Source of the DNA: Octopus sinensis | Lineage: Eukaryota | Reading direction: 5' to 3' | Length of the DNA stretch: 64,000 nt | NCBI RefSeq assembly: GCF_006345805.1 | Contig: NC_043006.1 | Coordinates: 85,994,001-86,058,000 of the forward strand | Shown: piece by piece, positions 51,131-63,903 of the stretch | How the letters are laid out: each line of letters begins with the position of its first letter | Numbering within the stretch: position 1 is the first letter of the stretch | Notes under the pieces: model-generated | The model's database searches: none | What the model was told of the DNA's origin: nothing | What the model saw: the letters and a program-made list of their open reading frames with translations, nothing else | Translations under genes and position numbers: made by a program

Positions 51131-51738
51131 CTCTGTCACCCTAATGAAATTTCTTACACACACACACTCAGTATGAAAGATATACGTATACAGAGAAAGA
51201 ATGGGAGGGAATGTGGTTAAATATATATACAATGCGAAAAATGTAAAAGACAGAGAGAGAGAGATAAAGAGAGGGAATCTTTTCTGTTGCTGTCATAGAT
51301 TTTGAAATTTTAGAATTAAATGAAAATTTTCAAATTGGCTATCTTGATGTAATTTTTCCATGCTGAATCTGATTTCGTGATCCATTCATTCCAGAAAAAT
51401 TTTAGAAAAAAGTCACAGATATTTAAAGTTTGATAATTTTTTTTCCTGGTCAGAAAACAGCATTTTCTGTGATAGCTGTCTATCACAAAATGAAAGCAAA
51501 AATAATACCATGATAAAGTTCTAAATAAGATAAAAGAAATTACATGTCATGTCAAGAGAGAGAGAGAGAGAGAGAGTGAGAGTGGGAGCAGAGATATATA
51601 TACAGAGAAGAATGCGAGTATAGTAAGTATATATAGGAGGGAGGAAAAGCAGAAGAGACAGATTGGAGAGATAGAGAGAAATAGATACTGTGATCTAAAA
51701 TTAACAATGGATGTTAAATGATGATGAGGATACATACA

Positions 51739-51773
<35 letters not shown>

Positions 51774-53976
51774 CATCATCATCATCATCATATATATATA
51801 ATTACCTTTTAACATCAATTTTTAATGCTGGTTTGTGTTGGGCATATATTCAGCTAATTTATACATATGTGGACGTGTAAAAATTTTAAAACTTTAAGTA
51901 AGCAGTAGTATGATGTATGGACAAATACAGATTGTGTGAGCAAGAAAACTGTAACTGAAATTCAGATGTTCATATTCTGTTGCAAGCATTTATTTCATTG
52001 GCTGTTTCTGGGCAGAAGGTTAATATTCTTTTGTACAGAACATAAGAATCTTTAATTTTCTCAACTAAAATAGACATATCTAATTTTATATTTTAAAAGT
52101 TGTGTTTACAAACAATGTTTTCTTGTTAAGAAGCCTAATTCGGTCTGCTCAAATAACTAATTAAACATTTATGGCTGACCTCCAGAAATACCACTTATGC
52201 TTCTGGTTTTTGGAACACTGCATATTTTGTCACTCCATGTTTGACCTAGTAGAGTGCAGTCAAATAATTAGGGTGTGTTGCATCAAACTTACTGTTTGTT
52301 CTGAAAGGGGTTAAGCTAATGACTACAATGCATGTTTTATAAATTCCTTAATTATTAATAATGGTGGAAGGGTGGTGGATAGTAGCATTTATTAGAGCAT
52401 TGGAAAAATTGCCTTGCAATATCTAGTTCCATGTAAGGTGGGGAGCTGGCAGAATTGTTAGCATGCTGGGTAAAATGCTTAGCAGCATTTTGTCTAGCTT
52501 TATGTTCTGAGTTCAAATGCTGTTGAGGTCGACTTTGTCTTTCGTCCTTTCAAGGTTGATAGAATAAGTATCAGCTGAGGGCTGGGATCAATGTAATTGA
52601 CTTACCCTTTCACCTGAAAGGGTAAGTGCCAAAATTTAACATCGATATTTATTTCCTTGTAGCACTTTACATCCTGAGTTCAAATTCCATCAAAGTCAAC
52701 TTTGCCTTTCATCCTCCCCATGGAATTGATAAAATAAGTATGAGTCATGTACTGGGGTTGACATAATTAACTATTGCTGAACCCCAGATTTCAGGTCTTT
52801 TGGGTAATTTTTTTTAATCTGTTAGTCAGGAGGGAAAGCAGTGCCCATGACTTATACTGGGCCTCTGAGATTGAGGGAATGAAGGTGTTTGCAGAATGGA
52901 AACCTTGTCCAAATGCTTGCAACAGAGTTGGATACCTCTACTGAAGGTACTCAGGGGTAATGGGTTAAATCTACCATCCAAAATATTGAAGAAACAATTA
53001 TTAATAATTCTTTCTAATTTTGGCACAAGTCCAGGACTTTTTTGAGGGGAAGGGAAGTTGATTATATTGATCCCAGAGTGCAACAGCTACTTATTTTATT
53101 GACTCCAAAAGGATGAACAGCAAAGCTGACCTTGGTGGTATTTAAACTGGGAACATAAAGAGTTAGAAGAAATGCTTCTATGCACTTAGCTGAGTTAGAC
53201 TCAGTGTATAACGATATTTAGTTTTCTCCCTTTCAGTTTCAAGTTCAAACCCTGCTTAACCCTCTAGCATTCAGATTACTTACTCAAATATTATGCTTTC
53301 TTATTCACATTGTTTTCTTATTCACATTGATTTGAGTCAGAAAAGTACTAACTTTATTAGCAAATAATTCATCTTGAACATTTAAATAATTATTCATACT
53401 TGATGATAATCGATAGTGTATAATTGTATTTTTTTTTTATTGTATTGCATTTTATTTTTGTTATATACATCATCATCACCATTTAATGTCCATGTTCTAT
53501 GCTGGCATAAACTGGGCAGTTTGACAGGATCTGATGGGGCAAAGGATTGTATTGTGTTCCCTTGTCTACTTTGGCATGGTTTCTATGGCTGGATGTCCTT
53601 TATAACGTCAACCACTTTCCAGCAACTTGTGAAACTACAAATCCTGAGAGAGACAGCTTTATGCTTGGAGATGAGGGATTAAAGTGAGAGAGAAAGGTGT
53701 CAGAGAAGAACAGGTTTCATGTTGTAGAGGGACTACATGGTCATTTACATTTTTTGGAAGAGATGGTAGGGGATGATCAGGTTGGAGTGGGAAAAAAGAT
53801 GAAATAGTAGTTATGAGGTATCAGAGTGGACCATCTGGGTACAAGGTGTGTAGGAGTATATAGGGGCAGAAGAATTGGGAGTGTGAGTAGATAGAGGTTG
53901 CAAGAGTGTATGGAAAAGTGAGAGATGGAAGGGGGTGAATGTAATGAATAAACAAATGTTGAATGGATGATATATT

Positions 53977-54016
<40 letters not shown>

Positions 54017-54066
54017 TATATAAGAATTCCTGTTCTTTATTGAAATACTGTTTCCTACTGTTTCAG

Positions 54067-54172
54067 AATACATTATCCACTTCCTTTACATCAAAAACTG
54101 ACGGCTAACAACACTTCTCTACAACAGATCATTGTTAATCTAAGATCTGAAGTAGAACAACTTAAAGATGAG
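54067..54172 (+). CDS. CCDC61: CCDC61 coding exon 4
   Basis: ctgtttcag|A...GAG|gtattt; (R)IHYPLPLHQK...LQQIIVNLRSEVEQLKDE, start of the coiled coil; phase 2 to 0. Confidence 0.95.
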
Positions 54173-54564
54173 GTATTTATTGTCCAAATATGGATTTTAG
54201 TTCTAATTTTTATTACTCCTTCCAGACATTCTTTCACCTCCATTGTTTAAAAATATCTCTTCAGTAGCTACAAACCCCTTTATTTTGCATTCTTTGCTTT
54301 TCGTTTGTAACAATAATTTATGAGCAACCATTTATGGTTTATTTGTATTGTGTCCATTTTACCATTCTGGATGGGTTGGATGTAGCATTGCTTTACAGCT
54401 GGAAGCTCTTCCTGATGCTAACCTTAAAGGAATTATCTAGTCTACTTGTCTCGTGAAGCATGGGGCTGGCAAATACTATGTTGACAGAAAATGTCACAAT
54501 TTTTAGCTCTACACTTGCATGCAGATACAGAATGTAAACATTCACTTAGACACACATCTGCACA

Positions 54565-54619
<55 letters not shown>

Positions 54620-55321
54620 TCTTTGTCTATCTCTTTCCCCCTCTTGTTCTTCATCCTTTCTGGTTTTCTCTCCCACCCTTCCCTATTCTTCTCTCCTCTT
54701 CACCATTCCCTCTCTCTCTCTCCTCCTCCTCAACTCTCTCGTCACTGACACGTGACGAACGAGAATCTATCTTTCTACCCACAACCTTCATAAAGACTAA
54801 ACATGCTTACACTGTCTCTTTCATAAGCTTGTCTTCCTAAGCGTTCAGAATAATTTTTCCATCGTCTTGGCTTAACAGCCCTCACCGTTTGTTTTTACTG
54901 TTTTGTTCTCATTGTTCTGTCTTTTACTGTTTTTACTTTTTTATTGTTTTTACTGTTTTGTTCTCACTGTCCTGTTCTTGTTACCACTTTCACCCTCTGC
55001 AAAATATCCCAAATATTTTATTTAATTTGCTTTGCGGGAAGGACTGTTTCAATGAAGTTGTGTCTTGTCCTTGCCTTCGAAATGTGGAGTAGTTGAAACA
55101 GGGACAACTGAAGAATGGTAACATTCTTTATGTTGTATGTCTCATTTCTCTGTTTGTTGTTTTTCGTTTCTATGTTTTTGTTTTTATGTTTTCGTTTCTG
55201 TTGTGTTCAATGTTTTTTTGATGTCCTGTACCCATATATGCATGTATATATACATATATATGTAGGTATGTACAAACATGTATGTATATATGCATATATT
55301 TATATATTATTTATATTATTT

Positions 55322-55352
<31 letters not shown>

Positions 55353-55570
55353 TGTATGTGTGTGTGCATGTGTGTATACATATATATATATATCTTAAGC
55401 TTGACTACATCCTTTGCACCATAAAAATGAATTGTTGTATGTATGTATGTACGTATATATGTGTGCATCTATTTATACACACACGCACACGCGCGCACAC
55501 ACACACACACACACAAGTAAGCTCATAGGTGCAAAACAAGGTGAAAAAATAGTATTCAAATATATATATA

Positions 55571-56690
55571 TCACTTGATCACTTTGACCAACCAGTCCGT
55601 CGCGTCCATTTGACACCGCTGGTCACAGCACGCTGTCCACTCCTCTCTGGATCGCGCCTCTCTCATCCACGTGATCCCAATCGTCCTCCTAAAATCATAA
55701 CTCCGCCGTCGTGGAGGTCTTCCGGGTGGTCTTTTCCGCTCACGCGGGTACCACTCGATAACTGCGCGTGTCCACTGATTATTGGTGAGCCGGGCGACGT
55801 GTCCAGCCCATTTATACTTGCTGCGTGTATACTCTGCGATGACATCTCTCACGCCGGACTTCTTTCTGATGATCTTGCTACTTATGTACTCTCTCAACGA
55901 GATACCAATCACTGACCTTTCCATGGCTCTTTGAGCCGTTACCAGTCTTTGCTCTTCTCTCTTTGTGGTAGCCCATGTTTCACTACCATATAACATTGCA
56001 GGCAGAACTGCACTGTTAATGAGGTTGGCGCGGGTGGTCCTGTCCAACCTTCCCTTGAGCACATCCCTTATGCCATTGAATGCCTTCCATCCGGCCCTTA
56101 CTCTCCGTGAGATCTCCTTTTTGATATCCTGGCACATATTTACTTCCTGTCCCAGGTAGACATATTCTCTCACCTCCTCTATTTCATCACTGCCGATCAC
56201 CATTCGACCTGTTGGTACATTGTCTGACCGCATGAACTTTGTTTTCATGTGGTTCATCTTGAGACCTACTGCAGAACTTTTGATGTCGAGCTCCGTCAGC
56301 ATGGTTTAAAGCTGATCCATGTTTTCAGCGATGAGTACGATGTCGTCAGCGAAACGGAGGTGAGTGAGGAGCTCGCCATTGATGTTGACACCACCTTGCC
56401 ATTCGATGCCTCTCATGATCTGTTCGAGACATGCAGTGAAAAGTTTTGGGGAGATTGTATCTCCTTGCTTCACTCCCTTCTCGACCGGCACTCGTATGGG
56501 TGATGACAGTAGAGCTATGTCGGTGGTGCATCCGGAATTTGCCTCTCTGAGCAGCTGCACATATTGCGCTTCGATTCCTTGCCTCTGCAGCGAGTTCAGC
56601 ACTGCGTTGGTTTCGACGCTATCGAAGGCCTTCTCATAATCTATAAACGCAACGCAAAGAGGCAGCTTGTACTCATTTGCTTGCTCAAGC
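55571..56690 (-). mobile_element. 5'-truncated classical RTE LINE (no PHD), single premature stop
   Basis: FIDYEKAFD, GVKQGDTISPKLF, LRFADD, YVYLG, YGSETW, KWAGHVAR, RPPGRP; TAA at 56306-56308; (CAAGTGAT) tail; (TA)n on both sides. Confidence 0.93.
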
Positions 56691-56878
56691 ATATATATAT
56701 AGTACAAAGTAAGATAAGGGTTATGAGGGTAACCCACTATAGGATATCAGTTATCCAATATACTGCTGGTGAAGCACCCAAATATTAAATACATAAATGC
56801 TTATAATTGCAATGCAATTAATTCATTTATTGTATTGGATGGGTGAAGGTAAAATATTTTACCGTAAATTCATAATAC

Positions 56879-57224
56879 AAATAAGAAAATGGAGGAACAA
56901 ATTCATTTCGATCATCAACTTACAGATATTACAATTTCATATTATTTATTAATTATATAAATAGGAACATGAAAATCGAACAAAACAATATACATCAATA
57001 TGCAAATTAATAATACAATAAAAATAATGCAAATACACTGCTCCTTACAGCTGTTTCAGCCTATGGTTAAGAGGCAATCCACCTTAAATTACTCATATAT
57101 GCCATTATAGTATAGTCTTAGGCATTAAAGATTATATTTATCTGTTTAAATAATCAAAGGCCTCATCAGAGGATATACATAATTACAAAGTTCGAAACGA
57201 ATTTGTTCCTCCATTTTCTTATTT
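56879..57224. mobile_element. Penelope-like terminal remnant, family 2
   Basis: 33-bp inverted repeats 56879-56911 and 57192-57224 (1 mismatch) around a hammerhead motif. Confidence 0.7.
57042..57173 (-). ncRNA. Type I hammerhead ribozyme with canonical core
   Basis: Minus strand: UCCU-CUGAUGA-GGCC[97 nt]GGCU-GAAA-CAGCUG-UA-AGGA; loopless palindromic stem III ACAGCUGU; predicted cut between 57046 and 57045. Confidence 0.8.
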
Positions 57225-57259
57225 ATATATATATATATATGACAGACTATACTATATAT

Positions 57260-57480
57260 ACATGTGAGGGGGGTACCAAAAAGAAACTGGAATTTTGCAA
57301 TATTATTTTATTTACTTAGTTTTACATGCTTACACTCTACTGCTTTCAAATATTCTCCATTTGAAGCCATGCATTGGTTCAGACGCATTTTCCACTCTTC
57401 TTCGACCTCTTGCTAAGTGATGCTTTTAATGCCTCCATTGTTTTTTTATTTTTGTCACTTCTTCCACATCTGCAAAACAG
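57260..57480 (-). mobile_element. Mariner-type terminal fragment
   Basis: GAGGGGGGTACCAAAAAGAAACTGGAA TIR-like end followed by transposase C-terminal-like sequence. Confidence 0.45.
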
Positions 57481-57896
57481 TTTTTTATTTGATGCCGGTA
57501 CCACCCAACTGGCCCACGTGCCGGTGGCATTTAAAAGCACCCACTACACTCTCGGAGTGGTTGGCGTTAGGAAGGGCATCCAGCTGTAGAAACTCTGCCA
57601 GATCAGATTGGAGTCTAGTGCAGCCTTCTGGTTTGCCAGCCCTCAGTCAAATCGTCCAACCCATGCTAGCATGGAAAGCGGACGTTAAATGATGATGATG
57701 ATATATATATATATATGTATATATGTAAATGTGTATATATATATTTGTATGGATGAATGGATTATCCTATGTTTACTGTTAACATGGAAAATTCAATAAA
57801 CTGTTACCAGGGTAGCAAAATTCACGTCAGAAACACAGTTGAAATGACCTATCCAAAGGTAGAAACTCCGGGTTAATGTGCAGTAATTTGTGTGTT

Positions 57897-58102
57897 ATAA
57901 ATGAATAAATAAATAAATGGAGTTGAACAAAGATGTTAATAAAATTCTTTTACTTTCGACATATGTTTTTTTCCTCACGAGAAGATTGCATTTTACACCG
58001 TTTATTCCTTTGGAATAAAACCATGTTATCTTCGAAACATATGTCGAAAGTAAAAGAATTTTATTAACATCTTCATTCAACTCCATTTATTTATTCATTT
58101 AT
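57897..58102. mobile_element. Penelope-like terminal remnant, family 3
   Basis: About 70-bp inverted arms 57897-57968 and 58035-58102 around a hammerhead motif; (TA)n on the right. Confidence 0.7.
57969..58050 (+). ncRNA. Type I hammerhead motif with G5C core substitution, probably inactive
   Basis: UUUUC-CUCACGA-GAAGAU[...]AUCUUC-GAAA-CAUAUG-UC-GAAAG; 6-bp stem II, palindromic stem III ACAUAUGU, GUC triplet. Confidence 0.65.
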
Positions 58103-58106
58103 ATAT

Positions 58107-58171
<65 letters not shown>

Positions 58172-58218
58172 GTTTATATGTATACATGTATATATGTAAA
58201 TGTATATATATATATATC

Positions 58219-58478
58219 ACGTGACCGACCAGACCATCAGATGTTGTTACACATCGAATGATGCCACCCCGCTGGCTAAGCGAGCAGGCCAACAGAAGAA
58301 AGAGTGGGAGAAAGAGTGGTGAAAGAGTACAGCAGGGATCACTACCCCCTGCCTGAGCCTCGTGGAGCTTTTAGGTGTTTTCGCTCAATAAACACTCACA
58401 ACGCCCGGTCTGAGAATCGAAACCGCGATCCTATGACCACGAGTCCGCTGCCCTAACCACTGGGCCATTGCGCCTCCA
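58219..58478 (-). mobile_element. tRNA-derived SINE family C, tail type 3
   Basis: Same head and body as 3717 and 11091; different 3' part. Confidence 0.85.
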
Positions 58479-58479
58479 C

Positions 58480-59000
<521 letters not shown>

Positions 59001-59411
59001 AGGCATCCATACAGTTTCTGTATACCAGCCTCACTCACACGGCATTGGCTGGCCAAAAGCTACAGCAAACACACATGCCTAAGTTGCCATGCAGTGCCAT
59101 AGAACTTGTGATTATATGATTGCAAAGTCTGTCACATATCCACAGAATCATACTTGCACCTCATCAGATTGCTAGATTTAATAATTAACTTTTTCATCTG
59201 ACGCTCTTGTAATCTAGACACTTGGCCATTACAATGTCTCACCTGTTATATACTTCATAACATGATAGCCTAACCATATTTATTTCTTAGAAAATGGTTT
59301 CCTATATTTATTTCCTTCAATGACTCAATTCCAAAACTGATTTTAATCATTTCATCATTGAAGCTAGATATTTTCCTTTATATTGATTCTGTTTTAATGT
59401 TCACCTTTCAG

Positions 59412-59449
59412 TTGAAACATAAACCTAAAGATTTGGATAAGTTGAAAGA
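59412..59449 (+). CDS. CCDC61: CCDC61 coding exon 5 (38-nt exon)
   Basis: ttcacctttcag|TTG...GA|GTAAGT; LKHKPKDLDKLK; phase-0 start matches exon 4; assigned by splice signals and phase rather than homology. Confidence 0.75.
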
Positions 59450-59796
59450 GTAAGTATTACTTTCATGTACTTTTTATAAAAATCAGCTATTTTATGTATT
59501 ACACATTCTTAAAGATGCAGGTGTGGCTGTGTGCTTTCCAACAACATGAGCCCAGGTTCAGTCCCACTGTGTGGCACCGTAAGTGCCTTTTCCTATACCT
59601 TGGGTTGACCAAATCCTTGTGAGAGGATTTCATAGACGGAAACTGACAGAAGCCCATCGAATAATTGTCTGTCTGTCAGTCTGTCTGTCTATCTATCTAT
59701 CTATCTATATCTATTTATCTATCTATCTCTATCTATTTATCTATATGTCTATCTATCTATCTATATCTGTTTATCTATCTATCTATCTATATCTGT

Positions 59797-59858
<62 letters not shown>

Positions 59859-59911
59859 CTCTATCTATCTATGTTTATCTATCTATCTATCTATCTATAT
59901 ATGTTTATCTA

Positions 59912-59977
<66 letters not shown>

Positions 59978-60019
59978 GGTTTTCTATCTATCTATCTTCT
60001 GCTGCTACAGATGCCTCCT

Positions 60020-61325
60020 CTGCTACTGGCAAAACCATCACCACTACCACCACCAGTGTCAACGACAAAAACAAATCCAACTTTGCCGAAGCCCTAAAAC
60101 AAAAGAAAACTACATTACATTTCACTATGGAACAAATAAAACAAAGTCCCTATTAACCCAACAAGGCTCGAACTTACAACTTGACATACCACAAAATGTC
60201 ATAGACACCATACAAAAAAGAACCATAGTTTACAAAGTAATTAACACAAAAATACACAGACCAGAGCAAACGTCACCGGAACTAATAGAACAATGTTTGT
60301 GTTTGATATGGACATACAAAACTATGTGAACTGGTGGAACAAATACACGACAATACAAGTTCACTTCAGCAGCGAAGAAAAAGCAAAAGAACTTTCAACA
60401 CTCACCCTACAGTCTGAAAAATTAATTTTGGTCCCAACCTACCTTGGACAATGCGTGACCAAAATATCCATAAAAAATGTCCCTCTGGAAGTAGAACCAC
60501 AATGGCTGTTATCCGCCAATTGTTACTATATGGAGGAGAGCACAAATATAAACATCCTAAAGTTTTCTGCCTTAGAGCAGCAAAACTGGTCTGGTAAAAC
60601 AATCCAGGCCTTGTTGCAAATAAACCAAAATTCAATCAACACTATCCCACATCAAATTGAGCTGCCAAATGGCCATAACCTATACGTGATGGTGGAAGGT
60701 AGGAGGCCTTGATGTTACGCATGTGGAAGCGAAGAGCACTTCAAAACTAAGTGCCCAACAGCAATGAAATAACAAAAACAGCAAGAAAAAGACCAACAAC
60801 AACTACAACAAGGAAAAATCAAAAGGAAAAAAGAACCCTTACTACCCACACTACCACCAACACAGAAGACAAGCAAAAGGAGTACGACAAAAGAAACACG
60901 CAAACCAAATATGCCAACGCCAACAAATTAACATACACCAACACCTGGAAAAACGCCAACAAAACAACAACTAAAGAAATAAAAAAACCAAAAGAAAACA
61001 CAAAAACTTATAATACCCTTTCCCCTATATCACATACACCACACAACCAGCCAACAACCAACATCAATGAAAACAGCAACACAACCACTTACACAAACAA
61101 TCATAGAAGCTTACAACATGCCCCTACCCCCATCCGATTCCTCAGAAATTTCATCAGAAGACAAAACCAGTGAGGAATGGCAAATAGCCAGAAAAGGAAA
61201 GAGGAACAGGAGCAAAAAAAACAACCAAACCAAATGCAAACGCAAACAAAGCAGGGGGATATACATCTCCTGAAGACATTTTGAAACCTACCACAAACAA
61301 CAGCAACACCAACACCACAAAAATA
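60020..61325 (+). mobile_element. L1/Tx1-like ORF1 (gag-like) fragment, degenerate
   Basis: ...KNVPLEV...VMVEGRRP*CYACGSEEHFKTKCP: CX2CX4HX4C knuckle after VEGRRP, then a basic low-complexity tail; no ORF2. Confidence 0.75.
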
Positions 61326-61336
61326 TATAGAGCAAA

Positions 61337-61600
61337 CTGAAAGAAGCCCATCATATATATGTATGTATATATATATGTATGTATGTATGTGTGTGTATAT
61401 GTTTGTGTCGGTGTTTCTCCCCCCAACATCGCTTGACAACCGACGATGGTGTGTTTACATCCCCGTAACTTAGTGGTTCGGTAAAAGAGACTGATAGAAT
61501 AAGTACTAGGCTTACAAAGCCTAGTGGTCGATTTGTTCAAATAAAGGCAGTGCTCCAGCATGGCCACAGTCAAATGACTGAAACAAGTAAAAGAATAAAA
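61337..61600 (+). mobile_element. 5'-truncated SINE family A
   Basis: Starts mid-body at AAACTGAAAGAAGCCCATC; CR1-type tail. Confidence 0.85.
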
Positions 61601-61636
61601 TAGTCTATATATAATATATATAAGATGTATATATAT

Positions 61637-63836
61637 ATCATCATCATCATCATCATCATCGTTTAACGTCCGTTCTCCATGCTAGCATGGGTTGGACAGT
61701 TCGACCGGGGATCTGGGTTGCCAGAAGGCTGCACCAGGCTCCGGTCTTCTCTGGCAATGTTTCTACAGCTGGATGCCCTTCCTAACGCCAACCACTCCGT
61801 GAGTGTAGTGGGTGCTTTTTACGTGCCACCTGCACTGGTGCCAGGTGAGGCTGGCATCGACCACAGTCGGATTGGTGCTTTTTACATGCCACCGACACGG
61901 AAGCCAGTTGAGGCGGCGCTGGCATCGTCCATGATTCAGATAGTGCTTTTTACGTATCTCCAGTCCAGGGGTCCTGGCATCTGCCGGGTGCCAGTCATAG
62001 GATTGGTTCAATTTCGATTCCGATTTCACTTGTCCCAACAGGTCTTCGCAAGCAAAGGGGGGTTGGCATAGGTGCCTGTCGTTGGATGAGGTTCGATATC
62101 GACTTCGCTTGCCTCAACAGGTCTTTGTGTCCAAGGGAGGAAAGGCATGCATAAGTGGGCTGGGCTCACTTGTCCTGCCTGGTCTTCTCACGCACAGCAT
62201 ATTTCCAAAGGTCTCGGTCGCTGGTCATTTCCTCAGTGAGGCCTAAAGTTCGAAGGTCGTGCTTCACCACCTCGTCCCAGGTTTTCCTGGGTCTACCTCT
62301 TCCACGGGTTCCCTCAACTGCTAGGGATTGACACTTTTTCACACACCTATCTTCATACATTCTCGCCACATGACCATACCAGCGCAATCGTCTCTCTTGC
62401 ACACCACAACTGATGCTTCTTAGGTCCAACATTTCTCTCAGGGTACTAACGCTCTGTCGAGTATGTACACTGACATTACACATCCATCGGAGCATACTGG
62501 CTTCATTCCTCGCGAGCTTACGCATGTCCTCAGCAGTCACGGCCCATGTTTCATTGCCATGTAGCATGGCTGTTCGTACACATGCATCATACAGTCTGCC
62601 TTTTATTCTGAGCGAGAGGCCTTTTGTCACCAGCAGAGGTAAGAGCTCCCTAAACTTTGCCCAGGCTATTCTTACTCTAGCAGTTACACTTTCAGCACAC
62701 CCACCCCCACTACTGACTTGGTCACCTAGATAACGGAAGCTATCAACTACTTCTAGTTTTTCCCCCTGGAAAGTGACGGAAGTTGTTTTCTGCAGATTTT
62801 CAGAGGTTAATGCTCCCGAGCATCTGCCACATACAAAAACTATCTTCCCAGTTAGCCTTCCTTTTACATTGCTGCACCTCTTATGTGTCCATAGCTTACA
62901 CTGGGTACATCTTATAGAGTTTCTACCTACACCTTTTTTACAGATCGAGCAGGGCCATCTTTCTGAAGACATTTGTGGATTGTCTACCTTCCTACTTATT
63001 AGGACTTTGGTTTTAGCTAGGTTGACTCTAAGGCCCCTCGATTCTAAACCCTCCTTCCACACCTGGAACTTCTCCTCCAGTTCTGATAGTGACTCAGCAA
63101 TTAGAGCAAGGTCGTCAGCATATAGGAGCTCCCAGGGGCAACCTGTCTTGAATTCCTCCGTAATTGCCTGGAGGACTATGATAAATAGGAGGGGGATGAG
63201 TACTGAACCCTGGTGGACCCCAACCTCTACTTTGAATTCTTCTGTGTACATGTTGCTAACCCTAACCTTACTTACAGCATCCCTGTACATGGCTTGCACA
63301 GCCCTCACCAGCCATTCATCTATCCCTAGTTTCCTCATTGACCACCAGATAAGGGATTGGGGGACCCTGTCAAAGGCTTTCTCCATGTCAACAAAAGCCA
63401 GGTACAGGGGCTTATCTTTGGCTAGGTATTTCTCCTGCAGCTGTCTCACCAGAAATATGGCATCAGTGGTGCTTTTCCCTAGCATGAAACCAAACTGCAT
63501 TTCGTCCAAGTTGACTCTCTCCCTAATCAGTTGGGCTATGACCCTCTCTGTAACCTTCATCACCTGATCCAACAGCTTGATACCTCTGTAATTATTTGTA
63601 TCTAGGGCGTCTCCTTTACCTTTGTAGCAGTTGACTTGTATGCTGCTACACCAGTCATTGGGTATGACTCCTTCGTGTATCACCTGGTTAATTATACGGG
63701 TGACTAGGTTATAGCCGACACTGCCAGATATTTTGAGCATCTCTGCAGTAATTCCTGATGGGCCTGGGGCTTTCCCTGTCTTCATGCTTCTAATTGCTTT
63801 AACTACCAAAGAATTGTCAACTCGGATGGCTGGTCC
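61637..63836 (-). mobile_element. 5'-truncated RTE-PHD LINE with uninterrupted RT-PHD-C-terminal frame
   Basis: Open frame 63836-62166 with YADD intact; PHD 62820-62951; 3' UTR and (GAT)n tail; (TA)n on both sides. Confidence 0.95.
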
Positions 63837-63862
63837 GATGAATATATATATATATATGATAA

Positions 63863-63903
<41 letters not shown>

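Noticed and set aside
54740-55230. Possible further Penelope-like end with CTGAAGA and CCTTCGAAA
   Set aside because: I could not assemble a complete core with three stems.
62773-63567. 264-aa ORF antisense to the RT (similar ones at 20562, 21063, 36493, 37357)
   Set aside because: Shadow ORFs from codon bias of the sense LINE ORF.
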